A DNA stretch of 63,479 bases, filler included, from Stramenopiles sp. TOSAG23-2 (taxonomy: Eukaryota), in NCBI GenBank assembly GCA_900128395.1. It is 15 parts of 15 records of this genome, joined end to end, with 100 filler letters (N's around TTAATTAATTAA, not from the genome) between each part and the next. Parts side by side here need not be neighbours in the genome. Positions count along the whole stretch, not along the records: positions 51,634 to 56,202 come from LT650862.1; positions 56,303 to 60,870 come from LT650863.1; positions 60,971 to 62,175 come from LT653474.1; positions 62,276 to 63,479 come from LT653475.1; 11 more parts are not named here. One strand, 5' to 3'. The position numbers were made by a program, and so were the translations under genes. Shown piece after piece: positions 55,181 to 63,479 of this stretch (position 1 is its first letter; each line of letters starts with the position of its first letter). The notes below the pieces were generated by a model. That model had not been told where the DNA came from. It made no database searches and saw nothing but the letters and a program-made list of their open reading frames with translations.

Positions 55181-55948
55181 TTATTTATTTTTATCTGTTT
55201 TACTACTACTACTACTATCCAATTCCATTTTAGCAAGTATCTTTTTCACTTGTTCAACATTTTTTTTATCAATATTGTGTCTTGCACACCAATCTATTAC
55301 AGCATGGTTTTCAACTACACGATCAGCGAAATATAAACCATTTGTAACATTTAAAATACCTTGTATTACTAAGATGTAAAATGGTACATTCGTTTTTCCA
55401 TATACATAACATGTCCATGCGAATGGCATAAAACATATAATTCCAGGTGCACGTATCCATATATTCAATATGCGATTGTATTTTTTCTCTGTAATACTAT
55501 TAATAATTTTCATTTTTGATAAAAATAATAAATAATAATCAATGCCTCCAGGGAAACCACATACAAAAAACGCAGCCCAATTTACAAGCGGCCCATAATG
55601 AAAAGGAAAACATAAGCCACAAACCAACATATTTGAAATTAAATGATGAATCCAATCTATTGCTGATAATGTTTTATATGAGGAAATGCAGTGAAATAAA
55701 TGCATACCCACAGTCATAGCTAACGGTACATCAGAATATTCATTATTTAAACCATTGATTGGGTCTTTTAACAATAATATCATATCTGGTATTACTAAAA
55801 ACGTAACAATTGTGTTTATAATAGCATGGATTAAATACCATCTAGCAGTTTTATTTTTGCCAATTATTGCAATGAAAAGAAAATCTAATACACAACATGT
55901 AAAAAATGATATTGTAATTACTTTTATTAATTCATGTAAAGTAATCAT
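55181..55948 (-). CDS. TLC (TRAM/LAG1/CLN8)-like membrane protein
   Basis: RWYLIHA, HLFH, DWIHH, FFVCGFPGGIDY, WIRAPG; multi-TM. Confidence 0.65.
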   Translation of the reverse strand: MITLHELIKVITISFFTCCVLDFLFIAIIGKNKTARWYLIHAIINTIVTFLVIPDMILLLKDPINGLNNEYSDVPLAMTVGMHLFHCISSYKTLSAIDWIHHLISNMLVCGLCFPFHYGPLVNWAAFFVCGFPGGIDYYLLFLSKMKIINSITEKKYNRILNIWIRAPGIICFMPFAWTCYVYGKTNVPFYILVIQGILNVTNGLYFADRVVENHAVIDWCARHNIDKKNVEQVKKILAKMELDSSSSSKTDKNK

Positions 55949-56303
55949 AACTATAATAAAAACGTATATATATCAAACAGAAACAAAAAAATAATAAAAC
56001 CCCGGTCTTATCGCTATATAATGTATAAATATCTATAACAAAGATAAGATTTCCATGAGTGTTCGCAATGATGCGTGTAATGCAAAATCAAGAAGTTATT
56101 ACACAAAAAATGGATAATAGATTTTTTTGGATTTTCGGATGATTGTGATATTACAAAAAATCCAAAAATAGCCAGTAGTTATTTTGATGAATATACGAAG
56201 TANNNNNNNNNNNNNNNNNNNNNNNNNNNNNNNNNNNNNNNNNNNNTTAATTAATTAANNNNNNNNNNNNNNNNNNNNNNNNNNNNNNNNNNNNNNNNNN
56301 NNA

Positions 56304-57728
56304 TCACCAGCTTTTCCACCTATTCAAAATTCTACACTTAATTATTCTACATTTTCTTTGAACGACGACGAGGAAAATTCAGATTCTGACGATGACGATG
56401 TAAATTCCGATGAAAACGATATATCAGACGATGAATCAGAGGACGAATCAGAGGACGATTCAATGGAAGATTCAGATGACGAGGATAACTATTATGCAAA
56501 TAAACGAGCTAGAAAAAAAATTGATATGATAGAGATGGATAGTGCTGCAAAGTTATTATTATCTGTTTCGCCTAGAATCATGCCGTCGCGGCCGCGATCA
56601 TTGTCGCATCTAGAACCATTAGAAAGTTTAGCAGGATTGGCCATGCTAGGTGAACCAAAGAAAAAGGAAGTAGAAAAATTACGTTCATGTTTAGCTGGTA
56701 TATCAAGTGCATCGCCTATGGGTAGTTTAAGTTTATTCAATGATAAAAATATTAATTATAATAATAATAATCCAATGATGAAAAAAAAAAAGAAATCACT
56801 TAAAATTAGATTTCGTTTCAGAAAAAAGAAAAAAGCCTCCGATGATAATATTGATAAAAACGATAATACGAATAAAAAGGATAAAAATAATACGTTGAAA
56901 AAAAAAGGCAAAAAGAGAAAACGACGTAAAAAACCAAGTGGGCATACGGAACATTGGACTTTACGTGATGATGATAATAATAATATTTACGAGGAGGAGG
57001 AAGATGATATCGATGATAAAACACATGCAAAAGATGTACCTGAAATTTTACATAATAGTCGATTTGAGAAAGATTACAATAAAAAAGGAAAAATTGGCAT
57101 ATATACACCAGCTCAACGTCTTGCATTGTTGCAAAAGTTTCGTGAGAAACGTAGGCGTAGGGTATGGTATAAAAAAGTTCGATATGGTTGTAGGAAAAAT
57201 TTAGCTGATCGACGTTTACGAATCAAAGGTAGATTTGTTCGTGCTGATAGTCAAGAATATAAAGATTATTTTGCAAATTTAGCAAAAAAAGCAGCGGAAG
57301 AAAAGGCAAAAAGTACATTATCTACTGTTGTAGAAGAGGGACAGCAAGCTATGGCGAATAGTAATAGTAAAGCTAGTAACAATTTTAGTGCAACTACGAG
57401 ATCTGTTTCATCTGAGTCGTCTGAAAATGGATCAAGTAGTACAGAAACAGTAAAAATGGATGCATTGTCATCAAACGATAAAAAAAGTATGAAAAAATTG
57501 GATCCTAGTTTAAAAGTAGATATGCCACCAGAAGTTACTATGTCAAAAACGATGAGGGATATAATGAAAAATAATCAAACCACCACAGCAACTTTAGCAT
57601 TGAATTTATCTGGTGATAATAACAATTCTATGTTTATGAAATCCAAAAATCCAAAAATTACACCAACTGCATTTAGTATGATGGCAAATAAAAATGGTCG
57701 AGCAAGAGCCCATTCAAGTTTGTTATAA
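56304..57728 (+). CDS. 5'-partial CCT-domain protein
   Basis: IGIYTPAQRLALLQKFREKRRRRVWYKKVRYGCRKNLADRRLRIKGRFV; frame open from the contig start. Confidence 0.88.
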   Translation, partial: SPAFPPIQNSTLNYSTFSLNDDEENSDSDDDDVNSDENDISDDESEDESEDDSMEDSDDEDNYYANKRARKKIDMIEMDSAAKLLLSVSPRIMPSRPRSLSHLEPLESLAGLAMLGEPKKKEVEKLRSCLAGISSASPMGSLSLFNDKNINYNNNNPMMKKKKKSLKIRFRFRKKKKASDDNIDKNDNTNKKDKNNTLKKKGKKRKRRKKPSGHTEHWTLRDDDNNNIYEEEEDDIDDKTHAKDVPEILHNSRFEKDYNKKGKIGIYTPAQRLALLQKFREKRRRRVWYKKVRYGCRKNLADRRLRIKGRFVRADSQEYKDYFANLAKKAAEEKAKSTLSTVVEEGQQAMANSNSKASNNFSATTRSVSSESSENGSSSTETVKMDALSSNDKKSMKKLDPSLKVDMPPEVTMSKTMRDIMKNNQTTTATLALNLSGDNNNSMFMKSKNPKITPTAFSMMANKNGRARAHSSLL

Positions 57729-58287
57729 CACTTTTGTTAATATTATATATATAGTACCTATATATAGATAATGCATTTGCGTATCATTTGATATGATATG
57801 TGTGTATCATATGATACTATTTCAGAGTATGTAACACATGTGTGTATGATATAAAAAATTCTCTTATTTGTGTGTATCATATGAATGATATGATATATAT
57901 GATGTTCGTACATATTTATATTTATATATATTTCTAGAGAGGAGACAATGTTTTTTATTATTTAAAAAGTATATATATATTATATTATATTAAATTATTC
58001 TCTCTTCTTAAAAACATGCGTCGTATACACCCAAAATATGTGCGTCTCATTATTTGACACACAAAATATTACTATTTTATAGGCATACATGATTGATATT
58101 ATGGCATAAACATATATCATATGCCTTATTTAAAAACTAAAAAACTAATCTTGACAACAATATCTAATATAAATTGTAGACAAATTGATTATTACGAAGA
58201 AAGATCTGCATATGTATATATATATATATATATATACCGTTACCTAACTATTCCATATGTATATCTAACAATCGATATACATTATAT

Positions 58288-58665
58288 TTAAACTTTTCCA
58301 GTTTTTTTAAACACTGTGATAGGGTCCATATTTTGGAATTCACGGTATTTCTTTGTATACTTTGCATAATTTGGATCAGTAGTGTATGGTTGTCCATCAC
58401 TAATACTGGTGAAACCTGCAACGGTTTCTTTTTTGCCAGCACTGCGCGTTACCGCGGTTAATATACCAGTAAGTACCATTGCACCTCCAACAACGGCGAT
58501 GATTGCATTTGTTTCCCCCATATCTTCCAATGCTTTTATTGTAGGGTCGTTTTCCCATGCATCAACAGCAGAAGAAGAACTTTTTTTCCTACTTTGTTGT
58601 TGTGCACTACGTTTTACTTGTGGGTTGCGTGCCAAAGGGCGTGCAGCTCTTGCAATCAAATTCAT
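58288..58665 (-). CDS. Small mitochondrion-targeted single-TM protein, cytochrome c oxidase subunit IV-like
   Basis: Arg/Ala/Ser-rich presequence, one TM helix, and C-terminal PYTTDPNYAKYTKKYREFQNMDPIT resembling the COX4 PxT...NPI tail. Confidence 0.55.
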   Translation of the reverse strand: MNLIARAARPLARNPQVKRSAQQQSRKKSSSSAVDAWENDPTIKALEDMGETNAIIAVVGGAMVLTGILTAVTRSAGKKETVAGFTSISDGQPYTTDPNYAKYTKKYREFQNMDPITVFKKTGKV

Positions 58666-59456
58666 AATACTAAAAAATAATCCTGTTTTTTTCTTTAATT
58701 TTTCGTCAGTCGTTACTATATTGAATATATGTATGTATATATGTATGTATCTATTAATACATTCGACACAATAACATATTGTATGTGTATATATATATAT
58801 GTTAAAATAACTATTTGTCGCTAATAACCATATATTTATTCATTGTTGCCATTATTGTGCTATTGACGACATGGCTGTCTGAGGTTTATATAGTACTGTA
58901 TTTTATACTGTATGAAGTACAAAAGAAACGCCAATATATTTAATAGGTGGAATGGAATCATCCACCCACAATGTTATCAAACAGTATAGATTTAGTATAC
59001 CGATTTATCTATATTTAGATAGGTAGAATTGGTGTAATTCATAAAATCCAAAACTGGCCAATGTTAATTTGGTTGAAAATATCCGATTTTTTCATGTTCT
59101 TCAATGATTTAATAGATTCAGCAAACTAAAACACTACAAACATCACAGCAGGTCTTTTAGCAGGGAGCTATTATAGATCTAGCTGGAGATATAGGGAGCA
59201 CATTCTATAGACACTACCACCGCATCCACATACCTCCATATATACCACAAACCCATCACCCACAAAAACATTCATACACATTGCATCGTCAGAAGAATTA
59301 TTATTAGAAGATATATAACAACAACAGCACTCTTTCATCAATCAATACAATACGTACATAGATAATACAAAACAATCAATACAACAAGACATACACGGAT
59401 CAAATATCACACGCACACATATATATATATATAATATATAAATATATAATAACAAC

Positions 59457-60551
59457 ATGTTAAGACAAATAGTTAATAAAACAAAAAATAACAATCAATT
59501 GTTCATTCGTAGAGCATTTGCGTCATCTTCAGCAGCTGAACCTGCAACAAGTGGAAATGTATTAGCTGTACGCGATGCTATTAATAAAGGCATTGAAGAA
59601 GAAATGTTAAAAGATGAAAAAGTATACATTTTAGGTGAAGAAGTTGCACAGTACCAAGGTGCGTACAAAGTAACAAAAGGCTTGTGGCAAAAATTTGGCG
59701 ATAAACGGGTTATGGATACTCCAATCACGGAAATGGGATTTACCGGATTAGCAATAGGCTCTGCATATAAAGGTTTAAAACCAATTGTTGAGTTTATGAC
59801 ATTTAATTTTTCTATGCAAGCAATTGATCAAATTGTAAATTCCGCAGCAAAACAATTGTACATGTCTGCTGGATCATGCCCGGTGCCAATTGTATTTCGT
59901 GGGCCAAACGGCTCCAGTGCAGGCGTTGGCGCACAACACTCGCAGTGCTTTGCTGCATGGTATAGTAGTGTACCAGGATTAAAAGTAGTAGCACCATATA
60001 GTTCAGAAGATGCAAAAGGTTTAATAAAAGCTGCTATTCGCGATCCAAATCCAGTAGTTGTATTAGAACATGAACTTATGTATGGTATTGAATTCCCAGT
60101 AAGTGATGAAATCATGTCTGAGGATTATGTCACACCGCTTGGCAAGGCAAAGATTGAACGTGAAGGTACCGATGCAACAATTGTTACATTTAGCAGACAA
60201 GTTGGATTTTCATTAGATGCTGCAGAAGCATTATCAAAGGAAGGATTAAGTGTTGAAGTTATTAATTTATTAAGTTTAAGACCATTAGATCGTGATGCAA
60301 TTATCAATTCCGTAAAGAAAACAAACAGATTAATTACGGTAGAGGAAGGATGGCCGCATTGTGGAATTGGCGCTGAAATTAGTGCAATAGTAATGGAAAC
60401 AGATGCATTTGATTATTTAGATGCACCAGTAGAACGTGTAACAGGGGCAGATGTTCCAATGCCATATGCAATCAATTTGGAACAAGCAGCAATACCACAA
60501 GTTGAAACTATTTGTGAAGCTGTAAGAAAAACCTGTAATGTACAATTGTAA
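59457..60551 (+). CDS. PDHB: Mitochondrial pyruvate dehydrogenase E1 beta subunit
   Basis: [80 protein letters not shown]. Confidence 0.97.
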   Translation: MLRQIVNKTKNNNQLFIRRAFASSSAAEPATSGNVLAVRDAINKGIEEEMLKDEKVYILGEEVAQYQGAYKVTKGLWQKFGDKRVMDTPITEMGFTGLAIGSAYKGLKPIVEFMTFNFSMQAIDQIVNSAAKQLYMSAGSCPVPIVFRGPNGSSAGVGAQHSQCFAAWYSSVPGLKVVAPYSSEDAKGLIKAAIRDPNPVVVLEHELMYGIEFPVSDEIMSEDYVTPLGKAKIEREGTDATIVTFSRQVGFSLDAAEALSKEGLSVEVINLLSLRPLDRDAIINSVKKTNRLITVEEGWPHCGIGAEISAIVMETDAFDYLDAPVERVTGADVPMPYAINLEQAAIPQVETICEAVRKTCNVQL

Positions 60552-61680
60552 TAAAAAAATGAGGGAAAAAAATGTGTGTGTGCGTATGTGTGATGATGTG
60601 TCTGTGTCGGTATTATAAAAGAAAATCTATATTTTGCATTAACCGCGCCTGAAACATGTATATATTTATCATATATCTCTATGATAGATAGTGTATTTTC
60701 TATATATTATATCGATATACAGTATCATATGTATCATACATAAGTCATATCATATATAATATATATATAAAATGTACGCGTATCATATTTTAAAAAATAG
60801 AAAAACAAATTTTGTAAAAAAAAAATTAAAAATGGAGTGTAATGTGTATATGTGGAGAGAATATAAAACANNNNNNNNNNNNNNNNNNNNNNNNNNNNNN
60901 NNNNNNNNNNNNNNTTAATTAATTAANNNNNNNNNNNNNNNNNNNNNNNNNNNNNNNNNNNNNNNNNNNNGAGTGCGTGTAAGCGTGTAAAATAGATTAT
61001 GTTAGGGCGCGTGTATTGTGATACGTACGAAGTAATATAATATATATAATAGAATTTTAGTTTGCAGAGGTGCATTAGAGCTTTACTATAGTAGGATAGA
61101 ATGTTATTATTCTTGAGATTTGAGTATTGAGCATATTACTTAAGCACGGGAAGTAAAATTATTATACGAACCGTAACTTTTTAGATTTAACCACCATTTT
61201 AAATATAAATACCGAATTAAATTAATGCATCATAACTTGATTTTCAAAATTTACTCATGATAATTCCTACTCTCCAGAAAGAATACAATAACTGCGAGAC
61301 AATAATATCTATCTCCCACTAAACTGAGATAACTTTAGCTTGTAGATTTCTACAAGTTTCATTGACCCATCGTGCTTTAAGCCAGTCTACTTTTCATTTC
61401 GTGGCTGAAGAAAGTATGAATTTCTTGTTGGCCATTTGTTTCAAAGATAAAACTGCAAAATCGCAAAAAAAAACCTGCGTGTTCATCCCGAATGGATATA
61501 TAGTTGGTGATGATGATAATATATGCATATGATTTTTATTACTTCGTACGAACGTATATTTTTCATTATTATGTCATTTTCACAGCATATATATCTATAA
61601 TACAAACGGTTCCGTCTAATAATTATTCATAATAATCTGTATACGCAGATATCTGCTCTTTAAAATACTAATGCTCAAGT

Positions 61681-61974
61681 TTAAGAGGACAGTTTATTAC
61701 TCGCGTTATTTAATCTATCTTCAGAATAGTATAGGGTATCATAAAAAATACTCGAATTCAAAAAATATTCTTTCAGATAATAGCCCAATAAACGCCTTCT
61801 CGCTTTACTGCTTTCAAACATTTTCTTTAATCCATATTTTTTCCGCAATCTATCAAACAATAGGTCTTCTGAATCAATATACAATCGAGCAATACGTCTT
61901 AAATTTGTAACATTGCTAGCTTTCTTAATCGCTATTGGAGACAGTCTTCCTACACGTTTGTAAAATTTCTGCAT
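61681..61974 (-). CDS. Fragment with a helical protist-type module (FYK...P...IAR.Y...ED.LF.RLRKKYG)
   Basis: Protein-like translation; abuts a plus-strand fragment back to back; possibly chimeric or decayed. Confidence 0.35.
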   Translation of the reverse strand: MQKFYKRVGRLSPIAIKKASNVTNLRRIARLYIDSEDLLFDRLRKKYGLKKMFESSKARRRLLGYYLKEYFLNSSIFYDTLYYSEDRLNNASNKLSS

Positions 61975-61977
61975 TCT

Positions 61978-62175
61978 ATGAACTATCCTTTTGACCTCAT
62001 AGGCAGTCTCACCAGGAGATACCGAGGAAGATTTAATTTGGAAGGATTTAGAGGTAAACCATTAAATTTTGATAATTTTTATTATCAAATAAAACTCCTT
62101 GGTGCTAGTTTAACCGAAGTTGAAGCTATTGCAGTCTTCGAAAAATATGATAAAAATGGCAATGGAGTACTTGAG
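61978..62175 (+). CDS. EF-hand-containing fragment, 3'-partial
   Basis: EAIAVFEKYDKNGNGVLE is a canonical EF-hand loop. Confidence 0.55.
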
Positions 62176-62275
62176 NNNNNNNNNNNNNNNNNNNNNNNNN
62201 NNNNNNNNNNNNNNNNNNNTTAATTAATTAANNNNNNNNNNNNNNNNNNNNNNNNNNNNNNNNNNNNNNNNNNNN

Positions 62276-63477
62276 CAGCCGTCCACGTAAACAGTTTCTA
62301 ACGGCGCTTGTTCGATTTGCTCACAGTCCGAAGAAGTGTCGGAGGAGAAGGAAGATATCGAATTGCTCGTGTCTATGTTCTCGTTTATTAGAGAAACTTC
62401 TCCTTTCCCTCCTCGCATATCTTCTTCGAGTTTGTCGAGTTCGTCTTCTTTCGTCTCGTCAGACGCGTGGAGACGCATCTTATACTCTTTCATCCACATC
62501 GCACGACGACATCTTTCCGCGCGATGACGCTCCGATAACGTCGGACGCAGTTTAGATGAAGTCATCGATTGTCCATGTTCGTTTTCCTCCATGTATTTCT
62601 GGTCGCTGGAGTGAATAAAAATCTCCTCTATGTCATTTTTGCCGTGTAATCGAGCGCATAAGGTCATGTTCTTCAAACTTCTTCCATGGATTTGGATGCG
62701 AGTTTTCACGCCTGGCAATACGCACATCGGAGAGACCGAGATGATTCGCGGACATGAGCGCGGAAATCGAGATTGCGATTTGACGACCATTTCAGCGGTA
62801 GTTTTGGTGGCAGTACCAAATGGCACCCCAGCGTGAATGTCCGTGTAAGCTGTCTTCTTCCCTCGCCCAACGCCAATGGCGCATTTGCTCGGTTTGATCT
62901 TCTCCACGATGGCTCGAATAGGCATGTCTTCTGGCGTAAATCCTCTCCACACGGAACATGTCATCACATCGCTTCCTTTTCCGTCTGTTCGAACGCTTAA
63001 ATCGTGCGATTCTCCGTTTGAATCGTTTAAAACGACAACAGATTTCGAGTGAAGTTCTTTCAAGTTTTGAAGGACTTTCATAAATTCTCGATAAACTAAT
63101 GGGATTGTTTCAGCATTGCGCGTGTAGCCACTCACTCCGATCTTTTTTGAGTACGGAAACAGTATGTTCCTCGCCGATAACGTCGATTTGAGCGCAGACA
63201 AAATCGATGCTGATCCACTCATATTACCAGACGACGACGTCGGGGAAGGAGGCGGCGGATGTATGACGACGTGCGTACCGTCCATTGCGACGCATTCATC
63301 TTCGACCGAGCGGCCACACAGTTCTCCAATGAATTTGTGCCGTTCATCTGGCACATTCACGAACGACAAAACGTGTGTCGCGGGAGCAACGGTGTTGGTA
63401 GGCGCTTCATAAGCAGTAATGGCACCAGGATCTTCGGGCGAAGATGTATCGCCTCTACGACCCCTGAGGCCGCTGCG
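62276..63477 (-). CDS. Internal fragment of a protein from a higher-GC organism; IPT/TIG-like segment reminiscent of green-lineage SPL/SBP C-terminal regions
   Basis: Frame is open across the whole contig; PRIISVSPMCVLPGVKTRIQIHGRSL...LCARLHGK; ~48% GC in the line counted. Confidence 0.45.
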
Positions 63478-63479
63478 TT

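Noticed and set aside
1-62175. Giant-virus origin suggested by AT richness, few introns, Pol X, ankyrins and fibre-like repeats
   Set aside because: A spliceosomal intron, BBS5, PEX12, NAF1, NSE4, PDHB and microsatellite-rich spacers indicate a nuclear genome; no NCLDV core gene was recognised.
4609-62275. Regularly spaced TTAATTAATTAA palindromes flanked by N runs, ~4.7 kb apart
   Set aside because: Artificial contig linker; the spacing reflects size-sorted contigs, not nanochromosomes, a repeat array or CRISPR.
1-63479. Treating the window as a gene cluster (e.g. the two anoctamins, helicase and SLATT as one system)
   Set aside because: They lie on separate contigs; order across linkers carries no linkage information.
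1-63479. tRNA, rRNA or snRNA genes
   Set aside because: No cloverleaf or conserved rRNA/snRNA sequence recognised by eye; a covariance-model scan would be needed to exclude them.

Overview
This window is not one locus. It is 15 unrelated contigs joined by an artificial 100-nt linker (44 N + TTAATTAATTAA + 44 N): 1-4608, 4709-9316, 9417-14023, 14124-18727, 18828-23428, 23529-28124, 28225-32810, 32911-37495, 37596-42179, 42280-46861, 46962-51533, 51634-56202, 56303-60870, 60971-62175, 62276-63479. They are size-sorted (thirteen of ~4.6 kb, then two of ~1.2 kb), so adjacency across linkers means nothing. Fourteen contigs look like one AT-rich, intron-poor, probably flagellated microbial eukaryote (stramenopile-like by inference). 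They carry Pol lambda (one GT-AG intron), NSE4, BBS5, NAF1, PEX12, PDHB, a RETSAT-like reductase, a front-end desaturase, mitochondrial carriers, and CCT, MYND, ankyrin and WD40 proteins. The last contig is ~48% GC and probably comes from another organism. The best candidate for something new is a voltage-sensor domain (S2-S3-S4, no pore) fused in frame to an anoctamin/TMEM16. A second anoctamin is fused to ankyrin repeats and has a degenerate, His-substituted Ca2+ site. Other points of interest: a very divergent RecQ-like helicase next to a decayed ORF; a SLATT effector-type gene with one domain inverted; a membrane-anchored phage-fibre-like repeat protein; a perfect 100-bp inverted repeat with a partial second copy; a dispersed repeat family; and a recurrent YAGCAGGT intergenic motif. 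Several deletions and inversions may be amplification (MDA) chimeras. All family calls are from motif recognition by eye; no searches were run.
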